NCBI GenBank assembly: GCA_026418935.1
Contig: JAOAAJ010000103.1
Span: 1,986 to 65,985 of the forward strand
Length of the DNA: 64,000 nt
Direction of reading: 5' to 3'
Origin: Caloramator sp.
GTDB taxonomy: Bacteria > Bacillota > Clostridia > Clostridiales > Caloramatoraceae
The position numbers and the translations under genes were made by a program. Numbering within the stretch: the stretch's first letter is position 1; every line of letters starts with the position of its first letter. The notes below the pieces were generated by a model. It was not told the DNA's origin. It did not search any database and saw only the letters and a program-made list of their open reading frames with translations. Positions 10,884-19,486 of this stretch are shown one piece after another.

Positions 10884-11909
10884 ATGATAGAGTTAAGAAG
10901 CTTGAGTTTAAAGGAGATGCAAAACTTTATAGAAGAAATAGGCGAACCTAAGTTTAGAGCTAAACAGATATTTAAATGGATCCACAAGGGTGTTGAAGAT
11001 TTTGATGAGATGACAGATTTATCAAAGGCTTTAAGAGAAAAGTTATCAAATAATGGATATATAAAAAATATGGAAATAGTAAAAAAACAAGTATCAAAAG
11101 TAGATGGAACAGAAAAATATTTATTAAAATTGTTGGATGGCAATTTGATTGAATGTGTTTTAATGAGGTATAATTATGGTAATTCTATATGTATTTCAAC
11201 ACAGGTTGGTTGCAGTATGGGATGTAAATTTTGTGCATCAACAATTGGAGGAAAGGTTAGGGATTTAACGCCAGGGGAGATGATAGGCCAAATAATTATT
11301 GTACAAAATGATATAAAAGAAAGGATATCAAATGTAGTTTTAATGGGGGTTGGTGAACCACTTGATAATTTTGATAATACAATAAAGTTTTTAGAGCTTT
11401 TAAAGGAACCAGAGGGGTTAAATATTGGTATGAGGCATATTACTATATCAACCTGTGGATTAGTTCCAGAAATTAAAAGATTAGCAGATTTAAACTATCA
11501 AATAACACTTGCTATATCGCTCCACGCACCTAATGATGAAATAAGAAAAAAAACAATGCCTATTGCAAATAGATACTCTATGGAACAAATAATAGATGCA
11601 TGTAAATATTATATTGACAAAACAGCAAGAAGAATTACCTTTGAATATACGATGATAGATGGGGTAAATGATGAAAAGGAACATGCAGAAGAGTTAGCTG
11701 AAAAGCTAAAAGGTCTTTTGTGCCATGTAAATTTGATACCAGTAAATGCTGTAACTGAAAGAGGATTAAAGAGGTCTAATCAAGAAAAAATAATTAAATT
11801 TAAGAATATTTTAGAAAAGAGAGGAATAGAAACTACAATAAGGAGAGAATTGGGGTCTGATATCGATGCAGCCTGTGGACAGCTGAGAAGAAGATATCAA
11901 GAAATTTAA
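10884..11909 (+). CDS. rlmN: Dual-specificity RNA methyltransferase RlmN
   Basis: [15 protein letters not shown] radical-SAM motif, MGVGEP, SLHAP, AACGQL. Confidence 0.96.
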   Translation: MIELRSLSLKEMQNFIEEIGEPKFRAKQIFKWIHKGVEDFDEMTDLSKALREKLSNNGYIKNMEIVKKQVSKVDGTEKYLLKLLDGNLIECVLMRYNYGNSICISTQVGCSMGCKFCASTIGGKVRDLTPGEMIGQIIIVQNDIKERISNVVLMGVGEPLDNFDNTIKFLELLKEPEGLNIGMRHITISTCGLVPEIKRLADLNYQITLAISLHAPNDEIRKKTMPIANRYSMEQIIDACKYYIDKTARRITFEYTMIDGVNDEKEHAEELAEKLKGLLCHVNLIPVNAVTERGLKRSNQEKIIKFKNILEKRGIETTIRRELGSDIDAACGQLRRRYQEI

Positions 11910-11921
11910 AGAGGTGGTTTT

Positions 11922-12644
11922 GTGTATATATTTTGTAAGACCGATATCGGTAAAAAAAGAGAATTAAATGAAGATTATGTGCTTGTTTTTAAATCCCCCA
12001 ATTATAGTCTTATGATAGTAGCAGATGGAATGGGGGGGCACAATGGAGGAGAGGTTGCAAGCGAAATTGCTTCAACTTCAGTAAGGGAGTATATTTTTAA
12101 AAATTTTAATACTACAGAAGATAAGTTAGAACTTGTAAGGGATGCTATTGTGCATGCCAATAGTGTTGTGTATAAGGTATCAAAACAAAACAATAATTTA
12201 AAGGGAATGGGAACAACAATTACTTGCTGTTTATTATATGACAAAAAGGCTATAATAGGCCATGTTGGTGATTCAAGAGCCTATAGAATAACAGAAGAGT
12301 ACATAACAAAGGTTACAGAGGACCACTCCTTTGTACAGCAGCTTATAAATAAGGGTACAATTACACAGGAGGAGGCAGCAAATCATCCGCAAAAGAATTT
12401 GATTACAAGAGCAATAGGTGTTGATGAATATGTAATGGTTGATATAGTTGATTTTGAACTTAAGGACAATGAAATAATACTTCTATGTACTGATGGATTG
12501 ACAAATTACATAAGTGAACAGGAGATAAAGGAAATTGTATTAAATGAAAATGATCCTGTTAAAACTTTAATAGATACAGCAAATGAACGTGGTGGAGCAG
12601 ATAATATTTCAGTTATTATTGCACAAAAGGAGGTGGGGAAATGA
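11922..12644 (+). CDS. prpC: PP2C Ser/Thr phosphatase (Stp1/PrpC)
   Basis: NED, VADGMGGH, HVGDSRAY, LCTDGL, GGADN. Confidence 0.93.
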   Translation: MYIFCKTDIGKKRELNEDYVLVFKSPNYSLMIVADGMGGHNGGEVASEIASTSVREYIFKNFNTTEDKLELVRDAIVHANSVVYKVSKQNNNLKGMGTTITCCLLYDKKAIIGHVGDSRAYRITEEYITKVTEDHSFVQQLINKGTITQEEAANHPQKNLITRAIGVDEYVMVDIVDFELKDNEIILLCTDGLTNYISEQEIKEIVLNENDPVKTLIDTANERGGADNISVIIAQKEVGK

Positions 12645-14311
12645 ATCTAATAGGTACAACCTTGGGAGGACGTTATATAATAGTAGAACAGATTGGCGAA
12701 GGTGGAATGGCCATTGTATACAAGGCCAAAGACCAGCTTCTTAATAGATATGTAGCAGTTAAGATTCTAAAGCATGAATTTACACAGGATGAGGAGTTTG
12801 TTAAGAAGTTTAAGAGAGAGTCTATTGCAGCAGCAAGCTTAACACATCCGAACATCGTTTCAATATTTGATGTTGGCGAGCAGGACAATATTTATTATAT
12901 TGTAATGGAGTATATTAAAGGCCAAACCCTAAAGGAATATATTAAAAGTAACGGTAAAATAGGTTATAAAAGAGTTTTGGACATAACTCTACAGATAGCT
13001 ATGGCACTTGAAAATGCCCATAAAAATGGAGTAGTTCATAGGGATATTAAACCACATAATATAGTTGTAACAGAAGAGGGAACAATAAAAGTAACAGATT
13101 TTGGAATAGCAAGGGCTTCAACTGTAGCGACAGTAACCAATACGAATAAGGTGTTAGGTTCGGTACATTATTTATCACCAGAACAGGCAAAGGGTGGATT
13201 TAGTGATCATAGAACAGATATATACTCACTTGGTGTTGTTATGTATGAGATGCTAACAGGTAGATTACCCTTTGATGCAGAAAGTCCAATATCTGTTGCT
13301 ATTAAGCATATTCAAGAGGATGTAAAGGAACCTATAGAAATTGATATGTCTATTCCAAGGGCTGTTAATGATATAGTTAAAAAAGCATTAGAGAAGGATA
13401 TGTTTAAAAGATATCAAAGTGCAAAGGAATTAATAGATGATATTATAAAAGTTAAAGAAAATCCTAATGTAGTGATAAATAGCTTTGATGAAACACAATC
13501 AACAAGAATTATCGATGTAAAAGAAGTAGATAAGGCCCTTAAGAATAAAAAGAAGAAGAGCATTATAAAGCCTCTATTTATAACTTTATCAGTTATAGTT
13601 GTGTTGTTTACAGCATTATATATTGTTTTTAATAAAAATTTCATTGTTAAAGACGTAGAGGTTCCAAATATTATTGGATTGAGTGAGGAAGAAGCAAAAT
13701 CAAAACTTGAACCTTTAAAATTAAAACTTGAGGTTGAAGGAAAGGAATATAGCGATAAACCTGAGGGTACTATAATAAAGATGTATCCAGAGGACGGCAT
13801 AAAGGTAAAGGAAGGTTCAACAATAAGAGTTAAATTGAGTGCAGGACAGAAAAAAGTACTTGTACCAGATTTAAAGGGACTTGATTTGCTTGAGGCAGAA
13901 ATTTTATTAAAAAACAATGGACTAAAGAGAGGAAGCATAGAGAGAAAATATAGCGATGAGGTTGATAAAAATAAAATAATGGATCAGGATCCAAAACCTA
14001 ATACTGAAGTTATAGAAGGGTCAGAAATTAATATTGTAATAAGTGATGGTAAGGAAGAAAAGTTTACTGAGGTTCCAATCCTATTAGGTAGAAGTATAGA
14101 AGAGGCTAAGGCATCACTATCTGCAGCAAATTTAGTATTAGGAAATATAACCTATGGTTATGATTCAAAATATATTGAAGATGTTATAATTTCACAGGAT
14201 GTTGCAGCAGGTGTAACTGTGAAGGAAGGAACTATGATAAATGTAGTAATTAACAAAAAAGAACTTGAACAGACTGAAGGAGGACAAAATAATCCAGGAA
14301 ACAATCAATAG
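12641..14311 (+). CDS. prkC: PASTA-domain Ser/Thr kinase (PrkC/PknB)
   Basis: GEGGMAIV, HRDIKPHN, DFG, one TM segment, three PASTA repeats (VPNIIG, VPDLKG, VPILLG). Confidence 0.95.
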   Translation: MNLIGTTLGGRYIIVEQIGEGGMAIVYKAKDQLLNRYVAVKILKHEFTQDEEFVKKFKRESIAAASLTHPNIVSIFDVGEQDNIYYIVMEYIKGQTLKEYIKSNGKIGYKRVLDITLQIAMALENAHKNGVVHRDIKPHNIVVTEEGTIKVTDFGIARASTVATVTNTNKVLGSVHYLSPEQAKGGFSDHRTDIYSLGVVMYEMLTGRLPFDAESPISVAIKHIQEDVKEPIEIDMSIPRAVNDIVKKALEKDMFKRYQSAKELIDDIIKVKENPNVVINSFDETQSTRIIDVKEVDKALKNKKKKSIIKPLFITLSVIVVLFTALYIVFNKNFIVKDVEVPNIIGLSEEEAKSKLEPLKLKLEVEGKEYSDKPEGTIIKMYPEDGIKVKEGSTIRVKLSAGQKKVLVPDLKGLDLLEAEILLKNNGLKRGSIERKYSDEVDKNKIMDQDPKPNTEVIEGSEINIVISDGKEEKFTEVPILLGRSIEEAKASLSAANLVLGNITYGYDSKYIEDVIISQDVAAGVTVKEGTMINVVINKKELEQTEGGQNNPGNNQ

Positions 14312-14323
14312 GGAGGTTGTACA

Positions 14324-15199
14324 ATGCAGCAAGGCCGTATAATAAGGGGCATTGCAGGATTTTACTATGTAAAATTAGATGATGGAAGCATAGTTGAATG
14401 TAAAGCAAGAGGAAAATTTAGAAAGGATAAATTGTCTCCAGTAGTTGGAGACAATGTTATTGTTGAGAAGATTGATGAAGAAAAAGGTATAATTGATAGT
14501 ATATTGCCAAGAAAAAATGAGCTAATAAGACCTCAGGTAAGCAATATAGACCAAGCAATATTGGTATTTGCATTAAAGGACCCAGATATAAGCCTTGAGG
14601 TACTTGATAGAGTATTGGTACTTACAGAATACAATAATATTGATGCGGTTATATGTTTTAATAAATGTGACCTTGATGTAGATAATAAATTTGAATATTT
14701 AAATAAAATCTACAGTAGCATTGGATATAAAGTTATTAGAACAAATGGTAAAACTGGAGAAGGATTAGAAGAAATTAAAGCAATTTTAAAAAATAAAACA
14801 ACTGTTTTCTCAGGACCATCTGGTGTAGGAAAATCTACAATATTTAATAAGGTTCAAAATAAGGTGGTTATGCAAACAGGAGAAATAAGTAAAAAAGTTA
14901 GTAGAGGTAAACACACTACAAGACATGCAGAATTGATAGACATTGATGACAACACATATTTAGTTGACACTCCAGGCTTTTCGTTAATTGATTTGTCCTT
15001 TATAGAAATTGAAGAGCTTCAAAACTATTTTAAAGAATTTAATGAATATAGATTAGGGTGTAAATTTACATCTTGCCTTCACTTTAAGGAAAGGGACTGT
15101 ATGATTAAAAATAAAGTTGAAGAAGGTATAATATCTAAGGATAGATATGACAACTATATAAAATTTTTAAATGAGCTACAACAAAACAGGAGGTACTAA
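14324..15199 (+). CDS. rsgA: Ribosome small subunit-dependent GTPase
   Basis: [32 protein letters not shown] zinc motif. Confidence 0.96.
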   Translation: MQQGRIIRGIAGFYYVKLDDGSIVECKARGKFRKDKLSPVVGDNVIVEKIDEEKGIIDSILPRKNELIRPQVSNIDQAILVFALKDPDISLEVLDRVLVLTEYNNIDAVICFNKCDLDVDNKFEYLNKIYSSIGYKVIRTNGKTGEGLEEIKAILKNKTTVFSGPSGVGKSTIFNKVQNKVVMQTGEISKKVSRGKHTTRHAELIDIDDNTYLVDTPGFSLIDLSFIEIEELQNYFKEFNEYRLGCKFTSCLHFKERDCMIKNKVEEGIISKDRYDNYIKFLNELQQNRRY

Positions 15200-15849
15200 T
15201 GATGATAAAAATTGCACCATCAATTCTATCAGCAGATTTTAGTAAGTTATATGAAGAAATAAAAAAGGTAGAGGAGGCAGGAGCGGATTACCTTCATATC
15301 GATGTTATGGATGGTCACTTTGTTCCGAATATTACAATAGGTGCACCAGTTGTTAAGGCTATTAGAAAAAATAGTAATCTAATATTTGATGTTCATTTAA
15401 TGATAGAAAATCCTGATTACTATATAGAGGATTTTGTGAATGCAGGTGCTGATATTATAACAGTTCATGCAGAAGCTTGCAGACATTTAAATAGAACAAT
15501 TCAAAATATTAAGGGATTAGGTAAAAAAGTAGGTGTAGCATTAAATCCAGCAACTCCTCTTAATGTTTTAGATTATTCACTTGAGTATATTGATATGGTA
15601 TTAATTATGACGGTTAATCCAGGATTTGGAGGTCAAAAATTTATTCCAAATATGGTTGAAAAAATTAAAAAGTTAAAGACTACTATACACTCAAGAGGGT
15701 TGGATATAGATATTGAAGTGGATGGTGGAATAAAACTTGATAATTTTAGAGAGGTTGTTGAGGCAGGAGCTAATGTATTAGTAGCTGGCTCTGCAATATT
15801 TGAATCAGATGATATTAAAAAAACTACAAGTGAGTTTAAAAAGTGGTGA
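15199..15849 (+). CDS. rpe: Ribulose-phosphate 3-epimerase
   Basis: [39 protein letters not shown]. Confidence 0.98.
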   Translation: MMIKIAPSILSADFSKLYEEIKKVEEAGADYLHIDVMDGHFVPNITIGAPVVKAIRKNSNLIFDVHLMIENPDYYIEDFVNAGADIITVHAEACRHLNRTIQNIKGLGKKVGVALNPATPLNVLDYSLEYIDMVLIMTVNPGFGGQKFIPNMVEKIKKLKTTIHSRGLDIDIEVDGGIKLDNFREVVEAGANVLVAGSAIFESDDIKKTTSEFKKW

Positions 15850-15853
15850 AAAA

Positions 15854-16489
15854 ATGAAGGCTCTTATTATAGCACATGGTTATAGTTCTGAGGAATCATT
15901 AAAAAGGGAATTGAAGGACACTGATATAATTATCTGTTCAGACGGTGGGGCAATTTATGCTATGGAGGAAGGGATTAATCCTAATATAATAATTGGGGAT
16001 TTAGACTCAATCGATAAAAAGGTGTATGAATATTTTTTAGAAAAAGATATAAATATAGTATCCTATCCTAAAGAGAAAGATTTTAGTGATACTGAGCTTT
16101 GTATAGATTATGCTGTAAGTTCTGGTGCAGATAAGATATGCATACTAAGTGGTATTGGTTCAAGAATTGACCACAGTTTAATTAATATCAGTTTATTATA
16201 TAAAATAAAGAACAAAGGCGTAGAAGGCTACATTGCAACAGATTCAGCATATATCTATATTTGCACAGATTTTTTAGAAATAGAAGGTGAAATAGGAGAT
16301 ACATTGTCTTTAATACCGCTAACATTAGAAGTAAAGGGCATAACAACAAAGGGTTTAAAATATAAATTATTGGAGGGCAATATACTTTTAGGACAATCTA
16401 TTGGAGTTTCAAATGAATTTGTTGAAAAAAAATGTTCTATCAAAGTAGAAGAAGGAATACTTATAGTAGTAAAACAAAATTTACTTTAA
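15854..16489 (+). CDS. thiN: Thiamine diphosphokinase (start reassigned to ATG 15854)
   Basis: CSDGGA, GDLDS, KDFSDTE, GSRIDH, GVSNEF; follows rpe as in B. subtilis. Confidence 0.93.
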   Translation: MKALIIAHGYSSEESLKRELKDTDIIICSDGGAIYAMEEGINPNIIIGDLDSIDKKVYEYFLEKDINIVSYPKEKDFSDTELCIDYAVSSGADKICILSGIGSRIDHSLINISLLYKIKNKGVEGYIATDSAYIYICTDFLEIEGEIGDTLSLIPLTLEVKGITTKGLKYKLLEGNILLGQSIGVSNEFVEKKCSIKVEEGILIVVKQNLL

Positions 16490-16570
16490 ATATTACATAA
16501 ATAGTATCATTTTACAACATATATTTTGATTGTTTATTGATGATAAAACAAAATTTTAATTTAAAAAATT

Positions 16571-16611
16571 CCATAGTAGATGCATATAATAATATAAAGC
16601 ATCTATTATGG
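16571..16611. other. 13-bp inverted repeat enclosing a sigma-E/K-type -10 element
   Basis: CCATAGTAGATGC-N15-GCATCTATTATGG; CATATAAT at 16583-16590. Confidence 0.5.
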
Positions 16612-16621
16612 GGTTTTTTAT

Positions 16622-16774
16622 ATGAATTATAAATTTAAAAGATTCATATCATATTTGTTAATAGGTATAGGTATAGTATTAATATTGACTTTTTTACCTC
16701 TCTGGATTTGGATGACATTAGTAGGAGTTGTTTTTATTTATCTTGGGATTAAGTATTATAATAACAATTTTTAG
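16622..16774 (+). CDS. Small two-helix membrane protein, 50 aa (MNYKFKRFISYLLIGIGIVLILTFLPLWIWMTLVGVVFIYLGIKYYNNNF); not in ORF track
   Basis: Hand translation; GGGG RBS at 16610-16613; basic N-terminus, two hydrophobic helices, PxWxW turn; paralogous to the next ORF. Confidence 0.75.
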   Translation: MNYKFKRFISYLLIGIGIVLILTFLPLWIWMTLVGVVFIYLGIKYYNNNF

Positions 16775-16784
16775 GGGGATGTAA

Positions 16785-16955
16785 ATGAGCCATATTAAAA
16801 AAATTAAAAAACTTTGTTGCAATAGTTATTATATCGGTTTGTTACTTATATTTTTTGGATTAGGATTAATTTTAGCAATTATTGCACCTTGGTGGGTTTG
16901 GGTTTTAATAGTAGGAATTTGTATTATAATATATGGCATAAATAAAATTTGGTAA
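16785..16955 (+). CDS. Small two-helix membrane protein, 56 aa (MSHIKKIKKLCCNSYYIGLLLIFFGLGLILAIIAPWWVWVLIVGICIIIYGINKIW); not in ORF track
   Basis: Hand translation; AGGGGG RBS overlapping the upstream stop; same P-x-W-x-W-x3-V-G-x6-G spacing as the preceding ORF; followed by a terminator. Confidence 0.78.
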   Translation: MSHIKKIKKLCCNSYYIGLLLIFFGLGLILAIIAPWWVWVLIVGICIIIYGINKIW

Positions 16956-16959
16956 AATA

Positions 16960-16987
16960 AAAAATGTGCTTAAATAAGCACATTTTT
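16960..16987. terminator. Bidirectional terminator between the small-ORF pair and rpmB
   Basis: AAAAATGTGCTT-aaat-AAGCACATTTTT, A/T tracts on both sides. Confidence 0.8.
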
Positions 16988-17178
16988 TATAGAGCACGTT
17001 GTACTTTTCCTGAACGTAGGCATCTTGTACAAACATATATACGCTTAGTTTGACCATCTACAACAGCTTTAACTCTCTTTATGTTTGGAGCCCAAGTTCT
17101 GTTTGATTTACGGTGTGAGTGGCTGTATTGTACACCAAATACTAGTCCTTTATTGCATATTTCGCATCTTCTTGACAT
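16987..17178 (-). CDS. rpmB: 50S ribosomal protein L28 (Cys-containing zinc type)
   Basis: MSRRCEIC...SHSHRKSNRTWAPNI...CTRCLRSGKV; AAAGGAGGTG RBS. Confidence 0.97.
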   Translation of the reverse strand: MSRRCEICNKGLVFGVQYSHSHRKSNRTWAPNIKRVKAVVDGQTKRIYVCTRCLRSGKVQRAL

Positions 17179-17221
17179 GTATTACACCTCCTTTATGAAG
17201 TCGCTTGCTTTGACTGTAAAT

Positions 17222-17250
17222 ATTTTATCAGATATAAAAAATAATTGCAA
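17222..17250 (-). promoter_or_regulatory. rpmB proximal sigma-A promoter
   Basis: Minus strand TTGCAA-17nt-TAAAAT with extended TG. Confidence 0.65.
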
Positions 17251-17271
17251 CCGGAGTAATCATCCTATTAC

Positions 17272-17300
17272 ATTATATATTTATTTTTTTGATTTGTAAA
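17272..17300 (-). promoter_or_regulatory. rpmB distal sigma-A promoter
   Basis: Minus strand TTTACA-17nt-TATAAT; its -35 is the left arm of the 22-bp dyad. Confidence 0.6.
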
Positions 17301-17316
17301 GTGTTTTTACTTTACA
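17295..17316. promoter_or_regulatory. 22-bp dyad TGTAAAGT-GTTTTT-ACTTTACA (candidate operator)
   Basis: Perfect 8-bp arms; 19/22 identical to the reverse complement of 39263-39284. Confidence 0.6.
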
Positions 17317-17342
17317 GATGATTAATTTTTATATTATATATC

Positions 17343-17371
17343 TTGAATAAAAAATGTATTTAATATACAAT
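17343..17371 (+). promoter_or_regulatory. sigma-A promoter of asp23-fakA-recG
   Basis: TTGAAT-17nt-TACAAT. Confidence 0.6.
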
Positions 17372-17407
17372 TAATAAATAGAATAAGAAGTTTTGGGAGG
17401 TTAAAAA

Positions 17408-17758
17408 ATGGCTGTTAAAGTAAATAATGAATTTGGTTTTATAGAATACTCAGATGAAGTTTTAGCAAACATTGCTGGTGCTGCTACAATGGAGTGTTAT
17501 GGAGTTGTTGGAATGGCATCTAAAAGAGCAAGTGATGGTTTTTGGGAACTATTAAAACGAGAAAACTTAAGCAAAGGTGTAAAAATAATATCTGAAGATG
17601 ATGGAATTATAATTAATCTATACATAATAGTTGAATATGGAACAAAGATATCAGTCATTGCTGATAATATAATGCAAAAGGTTAAGTATACAATTGAAGC
17701 TTTAACAGGAATAGATGTAAAAAAGATTACTGTAAATATTCAAGGAATAAGAGTGTAA
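17408..17758 (+). CDS. Asp23/Gls24 family protein (YloU-like)
   Basis: ANIAGAATMECYGVVGMA...LLKRENLSKGV...YGTKISVIA; precedes the DAK2 gene. Confidence 0.92.
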   Translation: MAVKVNNEFGFIEYSDEVLANIAGAATMECYGVVGMASKRASDGFWELLKRENLSKGVKIISEDDGIIINLYIIVEYGTKISVIADNIMQKVKYTIEALTGIDVKKITVNIQGIRV

Positions 17759-17776
17759 TGTTAGGAGGTACTGACT

Positions 17777-19423
17777 TTGAAGATTAGTGTTATTGATGGA
17801 CATAGCTTAAAAAATATGCTTATAAATGGTGCATATGAACTTGAAAGAAATAAAGAAATGGTTAATGCACTTAACGTGTTTCCTGTTCCAGATGGTGATA
17901 CAGGAACAAATATGTCAGCTACTATGATGTCAGCAGTAACAGAACTTAATAAAGTTACAAATGAGAGTATAAAAGCAGTTGTAGATGCAGCTTCAATGGG
18001 AACATTGATGGGGGCAAGAGGTAATTCAGGTGTTATTCTTTCACAGCTTATAAGGGGATTTGCAAAGTTTTTAAAGGATAAGGAAAAACTAACAACCAAG
18101 GATTTTGCACTTGCTTTAAAAGAGGGAGTAGCAACTGCTTATAAGGCAGTTATGAAACCAACTGAAGGTACAATACTTACAGTATCAAGAGAATCAGCAG
18201 ATAAAGCAATTGAAATATCAAAATATACATCAGACTTTGAGGAATTTTTAAGTGGAGTTTGTAGGGCAGCAGAACAGTCTTTAAATAAAACTCCAGAAAT
18301 ACTTCCTGTACTAAAACAAGCAAATGTTGTTGATGCAGGTGGAATGGGGCTTTTAGTAATTTATAAGGGAATGTTAAGATACATAAAGGAAGGCAAAGTA
18401 GAAGAAATTAAGAAGGATTTTGAAGCAAAGAAAGAAGAAAAGATAACTGTTCAAGATGTATTTAACACAGAGGATATCAAGTTTGCCTACTGCACAGAAT
18501 TCTTTATAAAAACTAAAAATTCCGACCCTGATAAATTTAAGAATAAAATAGAACATCTTGGAGATTCAATGGTTGTAGTTGGAACAGAAGAGTTAATAAA
18601 GGTACACATCCATACAAATAATCCAGGTATTGTTCTTGAAGAGGCATTAAAAATTGGAGAACTTATTAAGATAAAAATAGATAATATGAAGGAACAACAT
18701 AGACATGTAATAGATTTAGATAAAAATGAAAATGTAGAGGTAAAAAACGTAGTAGAGCAGGAAGAAAAGGAATATGGTCTTGTAACAGTTGCAATGGGTG
18801 ATGGACTAACAAATATATTTAAGGATTTAGGAGTTGACTATGTTATAGAAGGCGGTCAAACAATGAATCCAAGTACACAGGATATTTTATTAGCTATCAA
18901 TAGTATAAATGCTAAAAATATTTTTGTTTTACCTAATAATAGCAATATTATATTAGCTGCAGAGCAGGCAAGAGATTTAGCAAACAAAAACGTTTATGTT
19001 GTACCAACAAAGAGTATACCTCAAGGGGTAACTGCACTTGTATCCTTTGATTATGATGCAACCCCAGAAGAAAACTTTGAAACTTTATGTGAAGTAATAA
19101 AAACTGTTAAAACAGGTCAAGTAACCTTTGCTGTTAGAGATACTGTATTTAATGACGTAGAAGTTAAAGAGGGAAATAAGATTGCAATTGCTAATGGCAA
19201 ATTAATTGAAGCATCTGAAGATCTTGAAGAAATTACATTAAAGTTAATAGATACATTGGTAGATGAAAATAGTCAGCTAATTACTGTATTCTATGGAAAT
19301 GGCATAACTGAAGAAGAGGCAGAAGCTTTACAAAGTAAATTAGAAGAGAAATATAAAAGTGTAGATGTTACTATATATTATGGTGGACAACCACTTTACT
19401 ATTATTTAATATCAGTAGAATAA
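17777..19423 (+). CDS. fakA: DAK2-domain fatty acid kinase catalytic subunit (YloV/FakA)
   Basis: LNVFPVPDGDTGTNM, GARGNSGVILSQ, KPTEGTILTV, VDAGG, GGQPLYYY. Confidence 0.93.
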   Translation: MKISVIDGHSLKNMLINGAYELERNKEMVNALNVFPVPDGDTGTNMSATMMSAVTELNKVTNESIKAVVDAASMGTLMGARGNSGVILSQLIRGFAKFLKDKEKLTTKDFALALKEGVATAYKAVMKPTEGTILTVSRESADKAIEISKYTSDFEEFLSGVCRAAEQSLNKTPEILPVLKQANVVDAGGMGLLVIYKGMLRYIKEGKVEEIKKDFEAKKEEKITVQDVFNTEDIKFAYCTEFFIKTKNSDPDKFKNKIEHLGDSMVVVGTEELIKVHIHTNNPGIVLEEALKIGELIKIKIDNMKEQHRHVIDLDKNENVEVKNVVEQEEKEYGLVTVAMGDGLTNIFKDLGVDYVIEGGQTMNPSTQDILLAINSINAKNIFVLPNNSNIILAAEQARDLANKNVYVVPTKSIPQGVTALVSFDYDATPEENFETLCEVIKTVKTGQVTFAVRDTVFNDVEVKEGNKIAIANGKLIEASEDLEEITLKLIDTLVDENSQLITVFYGNGITEEEAEALQSKLEEKYKSVDVTIYYGGQPLYYYLISVE

Positions 19424-19427
19424 TTTA

Positions 19428-19466
19428 TTTAAACGCCATGGATTATAAAAGTTCATGGCGTTTAAA
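19428..19466. other. 13-bp stem hairpin between fakA and recG (no + strand U-tract)
   Basis: TTTAAACGCCATG-N13-CATGGCGTTTAAA. Confidence 0.55.
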
Positions 19467-19486
19467 AATAAAAAGGGTGTGAATGG

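Noticed and set aside
16490-16621. Looked for a true spoVM ORF in the thiN-rpmB interval
   Set aside because: No ORF resembling MKFYTIKLPKF was found; only the two hydrophobic ORFs reported above
17081-17299. 72-aa + strand ORF over rpmB and its promoters
   Set aside because: Antisense to rpmB and covers promoter elements; no family resemblance
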